A DNA stretch of 64,000 bases, from the NCBI GenBank assembly GCA_965153285.1, contig OZ229111.1; one strand, 5' to 3'. Position 1 is the first letter of the stretch. The number at the start of each line of letters is the position of its first letter. A program made the translations under genes and the position numbers. Below the pieces are notes generated by a model that saw nothing but the letters and a program-made list of their open reading frames with translations, searched no databases and was not told where the DNA came from. Shown here one piece after another: positions 12,817-25,227 of the stretch. Origin of the DNA: Podarcis tiliguerta (taxonomy: Eukaryota).

Positions 12817-13051
12817 CAGTGGTACCTCTGGTTTGAACTTAATTTGTTCTGGAGGTCTGTTCTTAACCTGGAACTGTTCTTAACCTGACGTACCACTTTA
12901 GCAAATGGGGCCTCCAGCCGCTGCGCCAACGCACGATTTCTGTTCTCATCCTGAGGAAAAGTTCTTAACCCGAGGTACTACTTCCGAGTTAGTGGAGCCT
13001 GTAACCCAAAGTGTCTGTAACCCGGGGTGTTTGTAACCTGAGGTACCACTG
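12817..13051. mobile_element. Tigger-like MITE (same family as 397-647)
   Basis: TA|cagtggtacctc ... gaggtaccactg|TA. Confidence 0.88.
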
Positions 13052-13376
13052 TAGTTGGGCTTGATGCAACTGCATTAAGCTTGATAGTTGGCAGTAGTTG
13101 AAAAATACATTGGGGTCCAAGAAAAGCAAAGTGTTCTTTGACCTTTGTGGATATGGTAGGGAAAGTGTGTTTGTAGATGGAGAGGATTTTGTGGAGGATG
13201 AAGCCCTTCATGTTGTTGTGCAGGCGAAATCGTCCATTCTGTGCTTCAAGGTTTGAGCTTCAATAAAGCAAGGATAGTATTAGGCAGAGTGTTTGTAGTG
13301 ATTGTAGTGTACATCTGTCAGTAGGAAACGACCCCAAACATTTTTTTAGTTTGGGCCATGGTTCAGGGCAGAAAAA

Positions 13377-13756
13377 AAGGGAAAAGTAAAGGGCCCCTGG
13401 ATGTTAAGTCCAGTCAAAGGCAACTATGGGGTTGCAGCACCCATCTCACTTTCAGGCCGAGGGAGTCAATGTTTGTGCACAGACAGCTTTCTGGGTCATG
13501 TGACCAGCATGACTAAACCGCTTCTGGCACAATGGAACACCTTGATGTAAGCCAGAGCGCACAGAAATGCCGTTTACCTTCCCGCCACAGTGTGTACCTA
13601 TTTATCTACTCACACTGGCATGCTTTCGAACTGCTAGATTGGCAGGAGCTGGGACAGAGCAACGGGAGCTCACCCCATCGTGGGGATTTGAACCACTGAC
13701 CTTCCGATCAGCAAGCCCAAGAGGTTCAGTGGTTTAGACCACAGTGCCACCCGCAT
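13377..13756 (-). mobile_element. Sauria SINE
   Basis: Same body and head as 2690-3068. Confidence 0.88.
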
Positions 13757-13764
13757 CAGAGTAA

Positions 13765-13925
13765 CAGTTTTGCAAGCAGAAAGTCCCCAGTTGGTTAATC
13801 TCTGACATCACCAGGTAGGGCTGGGACTGTCCCCTGTCTAAAATCCTGGAGAGCTGCTGCCAGCAGTCAGTGTAAATGTGGAGCTCAATGGACCAATAAT
13901 GTGGCTCAGTATAAAGAACTTTCCT
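13765..13925 (+). mobile_element. Old tRNA-derived SINE with CR1-type tail
   Basis: ttgcaagcagaaagtcccc...aggtagggctggga...ggagagctgctgccag...ctcagtataa; homologous to 45920-46095, 48305-48470 and 50065-50230. Confidence 0.65.
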
Positions 13926-14039
13926 CTCTTCCTTTGTTGATCTCTCCATCATGCTGTCCTTGGGAGGTGTAGTCTATGTTGCTGCTTTTCAGCAGCTGCT
14001 AGCCATAATGGCTATGTTCTACCTCCACCATCAGTGGTA

Positions 14040-14197
14040 CGTTACCTCTGAATACCAGTTGCCAGGAATCACAGGTGGTGCCATTATGCTCAAGCCCCAC
14101 TTGTGGGATTCCCAAAGGCATCTGGTTGCCCACTGTGAGAACAGCATGCTGGACTAGGTGGGCCATTGGCCTGACTCAGCAGGCTCTTATGATGTTC
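14040..14197 (+). mobile_element. CR1 LINE 3' end remnant
   Basis: ggcatctggttgcccactgtgagaacagcatgctggactag...ctcttatgatgttc; reverse complement of 50469-50570. Confidence 0.65.
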
Positions 14198-14606
14198 TCC
14201 ATGCCTCAATGCTGGTTTGCTGTAATCCGCTCTATGCATGTCTGATTTGGAAGCTCCATCTAGTGCAAAATTCAGTAGCCTGATTACTGATGGCCGAGAA
14301 AAAGTCACACCATTGTTAAAACAGCTGCACTGAGTGAGGTTCAAGGCACTAACTTTTATCAAGATTTGCTTGATTGGCACCTTTATTTTTTATCCCAAAA
14401 GGTGTTGCATTCACCCCATACATTTAAAATGCATTCCTTTCCTCCTCCCAAAGAATCCTGGGAACTGTACTTACCCCTCACAGAGCTATAATTCATAGCA
14501 CCCTTCACAAACTACAGTTCCCAGGATTCTTGGTGGGGGTGTGCTTTAAATATGCCTTATCTGTATGGTGTGGGCCCAGCCCCAACTGCTCACAGATGGT
14601 CTAGAG

Positions 14607-14758
14607 CAGGCATTTCCAAAATTTGTTTTAGGGGCCTAATCTGACCCACCAATTTAATCCACCCCCTGTGGATTAAAAGCTCAACCACTTTGGTCGGCCC
14701 TCACACATGTTCACTTCATCAAATCTGGCCCTCTTTGAAAAAAGTTTGGACACCCCTG
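14607..14758. mobile_element. hAT MITE with perfect 8-bp TSD
   Basis: GTCTAGAG|cagg...tccaaa ... tttggacacccctg|GTCTAGAG; homologous (inverted) to 39722-39908. Confidence 0.88.
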
Positions 14759-15358
14759 GTCTAGAGCCTTGGCACATGACAAGCTGTTTCACGTGACTTG
14801 TGAAATGTTAGGGCATGTTGTGGTATGGTTTGTTTATATTACTGCTTTTTGCATAGTGGTCATTGGCTGTAACAAACAGATTGGTTGATATACTGCTTTT
14901 TGGCCCAAGCCCCACCAAAAGCATTGAACTACATTACAGTTAATAAAATAAATCGATCGCAACAACATAGAACTGCAAAATCAGTGAATACCCACCGATC
15001 ACATCAGTGTGCTGCATTCGTGCTGTCACCAGCTGGCCACTGCTGAGCAAGGAGACCACCTGTGAAAGAGCAGAAGCCCTGATGCCAGTTTTGACTACCT
15101 AAACTTCCACAGCAGGACCCGTCCCTTTTGATATCATATGAAGCCTCTGCTCATTTCGTTTACTGTATGAGACATGAAATCCTTCCTGCTTCACAGGACT
15201 TGAGGGCACCAGCATTTGCATGGCTTCTTTCTAGGATCAGCAGATGAGGAACCAAGAGAAAGAGAAACAAGTTCCTGCATGCTCCCTGACTCTTCAACCC
15301 TGTTAGAGTTGTGACATGAACCGCACTGTTAAAATCATGGCTCTCTGGCTGAGAATAA

Positions 15359-15361
<3 letters not shown>

Positions 15362-15401
<40 letters not shown>
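15362..15401. repeat. (GT)n microsatellite
   Basis: Direct observation. Confidence 0.95.
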
Positions 15402-15403
<2 letters not shown>

Positions 15404-15635
15404 GTCCTTTTGTTCTCAGAGCCCAAACCTGTCATTTTTCTCTAAGAGCACTTGTGTCTCTCAAATTATTTGCTCAGCATATGGGTTGGCAAGCATCTTT
15501 GAGGGGAAGTGAACCCTTCTTTCAGTAGCTGACAGGCCGCAGATCATACTGCTTTGCTTCTGTATTGGTTGAAACAGCAGAATATGCCAGACACTGTCGC
15601 CCCAAAAACATGTCATTTGGAGAAAATTTCTAATA

Positions 15636-15979
15636 AAGGGACCCCTGACCATTAGGTCCAGTCAAGGACGACTCTGGGGTTGTGATGCTCGTCTCGCTTT
15701 ATTGGCTGAGGGAGCCAGCGTACAGCTTCTGGGTCATGTGGCCAACATGGCTAAGCCGCTTCTGGCGAACCAGAGCAGCACATGGAAACACCATTTACCT
15801 TCCCGCCAGAGCAGTACCTATTTATCTACTTGCACTTTGACGTGCTTTCAAACTGCTAGGTTGGCAGGAGCAGGGACCAAGCAATGCGAGCTCACCCCAT
15901 CATGGGGATTCGAACCGCTGACCTTCTGATCGGCAAGCCCCTAGGCTCAGTGGTTTAGACCACAACACCACCCACATCC
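15636..15979 (-). mobile_element. Sauria SINE
   Basis: Same body as the other copies; flanked by a ctaata duplication. Confidence 0.9.
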
Positions 15980-16656
15980 CTAATAGAGCTGTACAAGTGT
16001 GAAAACCTTCATAATCCAATATGGACTGGTTGTTAATGCCCCCAAGTTTGCTACTCCTATAATTGAAAAACAGTGCATTATAAATTAAGTTAAAGTGTGG
16101 GAGGTTCTGTTAGGTAGATGTCATCTCCAAACTATGTGGTTCTCAACATTTTATCATTCTGAGAAAACAGATTATGGTCTTCCAGATTGCTTTTTTTTTT
16201 TTTTTTTTTAAGCGATTGGTTGACATGCTGAGGGAGGCATTTACAGCTTTGAGATTTCAAATTATGCCCACAGCATATTTGGATGGGACATATGCCAGAA
16301 TGCCTCTTTATCTGCATCCAGGGAGAGGTGGGAAAAAAATATTTCATTATGCTCCTTGCAATTTATTCATGTATTATTCTCCCAGGGGTAGAATTCCCAA
16401 AGGAATTCTTTAGAGAATTTCCTTTATAACAGTATAGGGAGCAAATCTGCTATTTGTTGATAGAAATAGATACACTACATATAAGGTTTCTATGTTTCCC
16501 TAAGCAGCCCAAAGCATCAGACAAAATGTCATTGTATGTCATTGTATATCATTGTATATCAAGGAGTCCTGCATGCTAGGATGCCATGTATTCTAAAACG
16601 TACTTCTTTGCTGTTTGTATTTTTCTGATGACCATTGGTTTCTATCAAATAAATTT

Positions 16657-16820
16657 CATAGAATCATAGAATTGTAGAGTTGGAAGGGACCACCAAGGGT
16701 CATCTAGTCCAACCTCCTGCAATGCAGGAATCTCAGCTAAAGCATCCATGACAGATGGCCATCCAACCTCTGCTTAAAAACCTCCAAGGAAGGAGAGTCC
16801 ACCACCTCCCAAGGGAGACT
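16657..16820 (-). mobile_element. CR1 LINE 3' end
   Basis: (catagaat)2 = reverse complement of the CR1 (ATTCTATG)n tail, then gttggaagggacc...catctagtccaac. Confidence 0.85.
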
Positions 16821-17208
16821 GTCAATTTGACGGTCAATACCTGACATCTCAAGCATCTATATTCCCTCCAGCTGTTAGGTAAAGCTACTCAATCTGGCTT
16901 TGATTGGGGTTTTTTTTGGGGGGGGGGAATATAGCACTCCACCTAAAATCTATGTCTTCCTTTGTTTCTTCTGCTTACCTGTTGCCCACCTACAAAGGAA
17001 CCTGTGTGTTTTGTCTAAGGATGGAGGACAGACCTGGATCGCGACTCGTTTGGGTACTTGCCTAGATAAGGGAACAGCCATTGTGTGTTTCTGCTCCCTA
17101 GTACAACCTGAATGGCAACCAAATAGACCTCATTTGCTTGACTGTTGCCTCCTTCTCGACCTCATCTTTGGCCTCTTACAAAATGGAGACAAATGACTTC
17201 ACTACAAG

Positions 17209-17210
<2 letters not shown>

Positions 17211-17272
<62 letters not shown>

Positions 17273-17273
17273 T
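17211..17273. repeat. Compound (TC)n(TG)n microsatellite
   Basis: Direct observation. Confidence 0.95.
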
Positions 17274-18076
17274 CCCTTTTGTTGCTGCTGCTTTGTTACC
17301 ATCTAGTCTGATAAAGAGTTTTGTAGAACTGCATGCAATTTTGTGACATTTTGGTTGGCAAAAAAATATCTTATCCTTATGTGTATTCCCACCCTCCATA
17401 GCCCAATTCTATATCCAGTAGCAGCCTAAGTAGTTAGAAGATTGGGATGAGACAGGGTGAGGCTGGGGCTATGCAGTTGCATAAGCAAAGACAATCTGGT
17501 CAATCTGCCAGTGTGCCCATGGAATGGATTAAGTTCAACAACCAAGGTACCGCTGTATCTAGTTTAATAAAGCATCTCCACAAGTGAGACTCATACACAC
17601 ATAACCAGCACAGTTACAAACTGAGGCTATGGCTATGTGCACCGTACGTTTGACTTAAAGTGAAAAGCAAACTATTTTTGGACGTTGGATCTTGAAAAAG
17701 TGTCTGAACAAACAAGTCTGCCTTGTTTAAGGCAGGATAGTGCCAAACATCTGGCAGGTACTTGATCATTGATTTTTAATTTAAAACAGGAAGGAACAGC
17801 ACCCGATAGAGATCTCCCGGGATATCCAGGGTAAATATAGGCACCTATAATTAACCCAAAATGTATGTAAATATTCTCTCTTTTCATCCCTGAATGCAAA
17901 TTTTAAAAAGCATTCACCTGTCTTTTTGCAAAAATATTTTCAGTATTATGATTAGCCTTAAGCCCTTTTCTCTGTGATATCCGTAATAACACTAACAAAA
18001 TGATGTGTAACTGAAGAGACCAGCCGTAAAGCATGTCATGTATTAAGGAGGAAAAGAGGGCACTAGGTTCTGACAC

Positions 18077-18668
18077 CAAGTGCAGACAACTGCTGGAGAT
18101 GTGGGAGTAAAAATGTGAACGTAGTACATATGATGATGAACTGCCTGATGATAAGATCATTTTGGTGCAAGGTGAGGATATTTATAGCAAGAGTAATAAA
18201 AAAAATTGTTATTTAGGGGAATTGAATTTAATTCTAAATTATATTTTGGAAACATTGGAGATTTCAAGGGGTCCAAAAAATGGATGTACCGTGCTATATT
18301 AGAAGCAAAAAAACTTATTTTGATGAATTGGAAGAGACCCAAAAAGATTCAATTGAGCACATGGATTGATAATATGGACAGATTAGCTACATAAGAACGA
18401 ATTGCATGCCGACGCAAAATAAGAATGGATAAATATGAATAAATCTGGAACAAATATTTAAGTGATAAGGCGGATAGTGGTGGGAAGTAGGGGGAGGAGA
18501 GAGAGAGGTGGGAAAATATTGTTTAAAAAGGTGTAGTCATAGGTATATCAGTGTATTCAAATCTGAATTATCAAATTGTGTTATTATTGTTATTATGGTT
18601 TTTGTTGTATTTGTCTTTTGTGGTTGTTGTTTGTATCAAAAAAATGATTAAATAATAATTTTAAAAAG
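18077..18668 (+). mobile_element. 5'-truncated L1-clade LINE with 14-bp TSD
   Basis: TSD ctaggttctgacac at 18063-18076 and 18669-18682; encodes ORF2 zinc knuckle CWRCGSKNVNVVHMMMNC and AKKLILMNWK; A-rich tail. Confidence 0.88.
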
Positions 18669-19007
18669 CTAGGTTCTGACACAGGAGAGACAGAAATGTG
18701 ACCAAGGTATAGGAGAAGTGAAATGTGAGGGAGATGGGTGAGGCAGTAAGGTGGTTGGTGCGGTGCAGGGGAAAAGCCAATCCGATGCTTCCGCCACTGC
18801 AGCCACACCACACTGACCTCCCTGCTGCCTTGCCTGTCTCCCTCTCAGTAACTGGCAGAAAGTCAGCTAAACAGCACAGCCCAACCACATCCTGCTGGTC
18901 ACCACTGCATTTAGCTTAGGCTCTGTATTATTTTTTTTTGTACCTTGTTTTCCCTTTAGCAATTCCGCCTCCTCACTGTTCTCGTTTTCCTTCCTTTAGG
19001 GCCTGCA

Positions 19008-22000
19008 ATGGAAATCAGAACAAGGAGGCTCGCCGTGACTGTTGCACTGTGCCTGACATCTTTTCTGGCTTGTGAAGGGAATTCAGAAAAAGGCAATGCT
19101 TCCCTGTTGCACTTTACTTATCCCCTTTATAACACAACAGTCTATGAAAATTCCCCTCCCAAAACCTATGTGGAGAGCTATGTCAAAATGGGCATTTACA
19201 TCACGGACCCAGCATGGGACATCAGATACAAGATTGCTTCTGGGGACACGAGTGGCTTGTTTAAAACTGAGGAGCATATTGTGGGAGATTTCTGCTTTTT
19301 GAGGATCAGGACTAAAAGTGGTAATACCGAGCGGCCGAACAGGGAATTCAAAGACAAGTACGTGTTAATAATCCAAGCCTTGGAGAAAACATTTGCCTAT
19401 GAGGCTTGGGCCAAAGTTCTGATCCACATCCTTGACAGAAATGACCTGAAGCCTCTGTTCTCACCACCCTCTTATAAAGTCACCATCCAAGAAGATACAC
19501 CTCTGAAAACCTCCATTGGTGCAGTCAGTGCCACAGATGCTGATGTTGGTCAGAATGCAGAGTTCTATTATGCATTTAGTTCCAGGTCACCACTATTTTC
19601 CATTCACCCCACCAGTGGGGTAATTATGACTGCTGTGAAACTGAACTCCACCCACAGGGGGAAGCACCAGTTAAAGGTTCTGGCTGTGGACAGAATGAAG
19701 AAGATCTCTGAAGGAAGTGGCTTTGGAAACGTGGCCAGTCTTACAATCCAGGTGGAGCCATCTATCAAGAAACCCCCCATTATAACTTCAGTGATGGTGA
19801 GGCCATCCGATTCTCCTGAGGATCTCCTTTATGCTACGTTGAGTGTGGAAGTAGATGGATCAGGAGCTGGGGTAGATTCAGTTGACATTGTGGCTGGAGA
19901 TCCAAGGAGGCACTTCAAATCCATTAGATCCTATGTGGGAAGTAATGAGTTCATGATAGTGTCAGCCAAAGAGATCAATTGGAACGATAACCCACATGGT
20001 TTTAATCTCAGCCTACGGGCTAAAGACAAAAACAAGCCACCTCTTCTTTCTCAGATTGTAGTTATTCAAATACCACCTTCCAAATACGCCTCTGCGAGAT
20101 TTGAAAAAGATCTGTATCGTGTCCAGCTCAGTGAATTTGCACCTCCTGGCAGTCATGTTGCAATGGTTCAGATTAGTCCAGTTCTCCCAAATCTAAAATA
20201 CATTCTGAAACCCAGTTCTGGTAGCACAAGCTTTAAAATCAACCCTCAGACTGGCCTAATAACTACAGACAAACTAATAGATTTCCAGGAACAGTCCCAC
20301 TTTGAACTCAAAGTTACAACAAGTTACAGTGAGGTCTTTGCCACTGTCTTGGTTAGTATTATTGATTGCAACAACCATGCTCCAACCTTCAACCAACCAT
20401 CGTACCACGGCAGCTTTGATGAAAATCTGCCTGTGGGTACCAGCATCCTGTCTGTGAAGGCTACAGATAGTGACTCTGGGGAGAACGGTTTCATCACATA
20501 TACCATAGCCAACCAGAGAGCTGTTCCATTTGCCATTGACCCATTTTCAGGTGTCATCTCCATCTCCAAGTTAATGGATTATGAGCTAATGCAGAGGTTG
20601 TACCATTTGCGTGTCTGGGCATCAGACTCGGGGTCTCCTTTCCGCCTTCAGACTGAGGTTTTCGTTTCCCTCAGAATGAATAACATGAATGATAATGCCC
20701 CAGCATTTGAGAAGATTAACTGCAATGCAAGTATTCCATGGGACTTACCTGTTGGCCACTCTGTGATCACAGTGTCAGCCATTGATAATGACGAGCTTCA
20801 GCCCATCAAATATGAAATCATGTCTGGCAATGAGAGGCAGCTTTTTGAACTGGATCCTGTGTCTGGGGTGATTTCTCTTAGAGCTCCTCTAAGAGATCTC
20901 CATGATAAACTAGCGACGTCCTACTCTTTAAAAATCACAGCCACAGATGGAGAAAACTCTGCTTTCCCAACCTATGTAAATATCACTGTGGTCTACCAGG
21001 ATACCCAAGTAGACTTTCAGTGTGAGGATACTGGGGTCCTTAAGGAACTAACTAAGAGCATGATCCACTCTATTGAATCCCAGGCTCCAGAGCAAAAACC
21101 AGATGAAGATTCCTCCTTGAATGTGCATCTTATAAACCATCATACGCCACAGTTCGATGATGCCTTCCCAAGATCTATTGATATAATGGAGACAATCCCA
21201 GTCAACTCAACCATTGCACAGCTGAGAGCTGTAGACGGTGATACCGGCTTTAATGGAAAGATGGTCTATGTAATATCTTCTGGGAATGAGGATGGTCGTT
21301 TTTACATTGACACAGAAACGGGTCTCCTCCTGGTCTCCTCTCCTTTGGACCATGAAAGAACAAGTTTCTACGTACTTAACATTACAGTGTATGACCTTGG
21401 CATTCCTCAGAAGTCTTCCTGGAAGTTGCTAGCGGTAAACATTCTGGATACAAATGATAACGCTCCTAAATTTTCACAACATACATACTTGGTTACTATA
21501 CCAGAGGATGTTGAAATAGGCACAACCATCACCGTGGTGAAAGCTGATGATGCGGATACAAATGACAATGGGAGAGTGAAATATTCCTTTCTGGCACCTT
21601 CTGATAAATTTGACATCAATAGCATCACTGGTGAAGTAGCAGTGACTGTTCCCCTTGACAGAGAATCGTGTCCTCATTACATATTAAAAGTTGAAGCCAG
21701 AGACCAGCCACTGATAGGCCAGCAGCTCTTTGCAGTGGCTGATCTGGTTATTTCTTTGGAAGATGTAAACGACAATTCTCCACGCTGCATCCCAGCCTTG
21801 AATAAGGTGAAAGTTCCTGAGGACCTGCCCCTTGGGACAACATTGCTGTTCCTAGAAGCCTTTGATCCAGATATTGCATCTGGAGGAGAGCTGAAATATA
21901 GCCTGTTCAGAGATGATGAGGATATGTTTCACCTGAATGAGTTTACAGGGGCCCTGATCTTGGAAAAAGAGCTGGACTATGAGAAGAGGGACTCTTACAA

Positions 22001-22272
22001 TCTAACTGTGAGAATCAGCGATGCTGGGACGCCCCTGTCTCTTTCTTCCCTCTGCCATATTGAGATTGAGGTTCTGGACATCAATGAAAACTTGCACCCA
22101 CCTCGCTTTGCCTCTTTCGTGTATGAAGGGTCAGTGAAGGAAAACAGGCCAGAGGGGACATCGGTGATGACAGTGATAGCGCAAGACGGCGATAAAGGGA
22201 AAGATGGAGAAATCCAGTATTTCATCAGAGAGGGAACAGGCTTGGCTGTCTTTGATATTGAAAAGGACACAG
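19008..22272 (+). CDS. FAT2: FAT2 coding exon 1 (signal peptide + first ~10 cadherin repeats)
   Basis: ORF MEIRTRRLAVTVALCLTSFLACEG (signal peptide), then FAT-family N-terminus (YENSPPKTYVES..KMGIY..FCFLRIRTK; DLKPLFSPPSY..ATDADVGQNAEFYYAF, FAT2-like) and repeated DxNDNxP/LDRE/AxDxD motifs. Acceptor ttcctttag|G at 18999/19000, Kozak gcaATGG, donor ACAG|gtaata (phase 1). Confidence 0.95.
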
Positions 22273-22410
22273 GTAATAATAATAATAATAGGACACTAGA
22301 CAAGATAGAAAGAATGGCTTAAATGGCATGGGTTGTTTGGCCTGAAATTTTCATTTGACAGCATTTTTTTTTTATAAAAAAAATATGCTAGTATTATCTG
22401 TGTTTATAAG

Positions 22411-22540
22411 ACTTCCTCAACCTCGGCCCTCCAGATGTTTTTGGCCTACAACTCCTATGATCCCTAGCTAGCAGGACCAGTGGTCAGGGATGATGGGAAA
22501 TGTAGTCTCAAAACATCTGGAGGGCCAAGGTTGAGGAAGT
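22411..22540. mobile_element. Palindromic hAT-type MITE
   Basis: acttcctcaacctcggccctccagatgtttt ... aaaacatctggagggccaaggttgaggaagt; same family as 59745-59880. Confidence 0.82.
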
Positions 22541-22681
22541 GTGGGCTACTTTGTCTTTAAAGGGCTTCGGAGTAAGAAGTCCACTTACTTTAATTTTTGA
22601 AAGGGATTCTTATATACAAATATATATATTTCTAATTGTGTAATCCATATATCCCCCCCCCCTTTTTTTTATTTCTCTTAG

Positions 22682-22996
22682 GTACAATCTTTACCACAGG
22701 TCCACTAGACAGAGAATCCAACAGTCATTATTGGTTGACGGTGCTAGCTGTTGATAGAGGATCAGTCCCTCTGTCTTCTGTGGTTGACATTTACATTGAA
22801 GTCACTGACGTAAATGACAATCCGCCTCAGATGTCGAGACCAATCTTTTATGCCTCTGTCATGGAAAATTCCCCAGCCAACACCTCCATCCTTCAGGTTG
22901 AAGCTATTGACCCAGATTCTGGCTCCCAAGGGAAGCTGACCTTCCACATCATAAATGAAAACCATAATAGATTCTTCGCCATTAATCCTATCACAG
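22682..22996 (+). CDS. FAT2: FAT2 coding exon 2 (315 nt)
   Basis: ctcttag|GT ACA ATC ... ATC ACA G|gtaagg; [12 protein letters not shown]...DVNDNPP; phase 1-1. Confidence 0.95.
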
Positions 22997-24659
22997 GTAA
23001 GGAATAAACACATGCATATTCTGTGTTTGTTTTTTAATCCTTCCTAATGTGTATGAGGTTTGTTTTACAAGGAGTAAAGTCTGGTAATGCCCACCATTTA
23101 CAAAGACTCAATCTCAGTATGGTATCTGCTTATTAGAAAATACTTACAACCTCACTGCTGGTCACCACAAACAAATAAAATGTTCATATGTCTAGAGGGA
23201 ACAAATGTTTCTTGCTTAGCTTCCTCGCTTGGAGCAGGTGGAAGATAGATGAATGAGAAAACATAAAAAATATTGATCATTGCTTTTTCAGCGCAATGAG
23301 TTTAAAACATGAATAGGCTACTATTGTCTGAATATAGGTCTTAGGATATTGAGAATTCATTCACACCATGCAAGGGAAGCCTGTGGCTTTCCAGATGTTG
23401 CTGATGTTGTTGTAATTTATTACCTGCCCTTTCTCCCTAAGGTCCTAGGATGGGTCACAACAACTGAAACGCAGTGCTAAACACAGATTAAAACAGCTGA
23501 CAATCACAAAAATTAAAATTAAAAAAATAAAGTGAGTCCCAGGGTGTTCAGTTACTTTCTTGAATTAAAAAACAACAACCCAAAAACACTGTTGTTATTG
23601 TGGGAACTGGGAGTCAGTTTGTGCATCAAGAGCAGCCACACTGACACGAAATGGCCTTTTAGAAGCTCAGGCTTCAGCATTCGTATTCAATGCAAACTGC
23701 TATCAACACTAGCTAAATTCCCCTTGCTTTACCATTTCTATAAATCTGAGCTGTGTCTATCACTTCCCTTGTTTTGTCAGTGTTAGCAGAGGAGGTATCA
23801 ACTCAGCCTTTCGCCTCCATTATGTCTGTGTCATCTCTAGCTTAGGGAACAGATCCATCCAGATTGTTCAAATCCTACCAGTGTTTAATGTAAACTGCCT
23901 CTGAAAAGTAGTCTTCTGGGTCTGGTGTTGGGCCAGTCTTTAAACAAAGCACTCCTGCTGTAAGTGACGCAATGCTAGAGACATTGGCTTCATTCACTGC
24001 ACGATGTGGAGGCGATGAGTTCCCAGTTGGGCTGCTGTATGTGTATATTAGGGATATGGGTGAAGTGTATTGGAATAGTTCCCTAGTTTTGAGTTTGTGG
24101 CTGACAGTAGGAGAGAATTGTTGATGCACCATGTTGTCTTCAGGCGGCAAAACTGGCTTTGTAGTTTGTGATTTACAGCATTTAAATAGGAGCATGCAGA
24201 CTCTGGCACAACCTTTGCCATGACTAGTGCCAGTAGCTGGCATGCCTGGTATCTTTTCAGTTTCATTTCATTGACTGCTTCTAAACTGCTTTGTCTTTTG
24301 ATTTCTTTTCATCTATTGCTTACAACCCTGCTTCTCCTTCCCAAGGGAAGTAAAAGTAGACCACAACATATCAGAATGATCAATAAATGTGGCCAAGAAT
24401 AATATATCAAAAAATGAAACAGGTAAAGATCAAAATCATATCCAAACCAGAGCAAGGATACAAAAAATCTGTTAAATCCATATGAATTAATTAATTCAAC
24501 AACCGTTTCCATTAACTGTAAAATGAGCAGTCCTGAGAAGCACGGCATATAACAGAATAAAAGTCAATATTTTTACGTAGCCAGAAGGTTTCATGCAGTG
24601 ATGGCACACCCCAGAACCTCCTACACAAAGATTGTCCTGTGGATAAGATCAAATGCCCA

Positions 24660-25130
24660 TTAGTTGCTGCCTCCTGTGTAATGTTACGAGCCTCCATCCA
24701 TAGTTCTTCAGGCACTCTGTCCACCAAATCTAAATCCTTAAACCTGTTCCTTACTTCCAGTGCATATTCATAAGGGATTTGATTTAGATTGTATCTTGCT
24801 GGTCCAGTAGTTTTTCCTACTTTCTTCAGTTTAAGCTTGAATTTTGCTATAAGAAGCTGATGATCTGAGCCACAGTCAGTTCCAGGTCTTGTTTTTGCTG
24901 ACTGTATAGAGCTTCTCCATCTTTGGCTTCAGAGAATATAATCCATCTGATTTCGATGCTGCCCATCTGGTGATGTCCATGTGTAGAGTCGTCTCTTGTA
25001 TTGTTGGAAAAGAGTGTTTGTGATCACCAGCTTGTTCTCTTGACAGAACTCTATTAGCCTTTGCCCTGCTTCGTTTTGAACTCCAAGGCCAAACTTGCCA
25101 GTTGTTCCTTTTATCTCTTGACTCCCTACT
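24660..25130 (-). mobile_element. BovB LINE internal fragment
   Basis: Minus strand ...VDRVPEELWMEARNITQEAA and upstream YTWTSPDGQHRNQMDYIL (BovB endonuclease/linker region). Confidence 0.85.
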
Positions 25131-25160
25131 TAGCCCTGTTTAGGGAAGTTTAAAATATTT

Positions 25161-25227
25161 GATGATGATGATGATTATTATTAAATGTAATAATTATTAT
25201 ATTATCATTATCATCATCATTATTATT
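25161..25227. repeat. (ATG/ATT/ATC)n trinucleotide low-complexity tract
   Basis: Direct observation. Confidence 0.85.

Noticed and set aside
16527-16560. 10-bp tandem repeat (t[g/a]tcattgta)x3
   Set aside because: Ordinary slippage duplication with no evidence of function.
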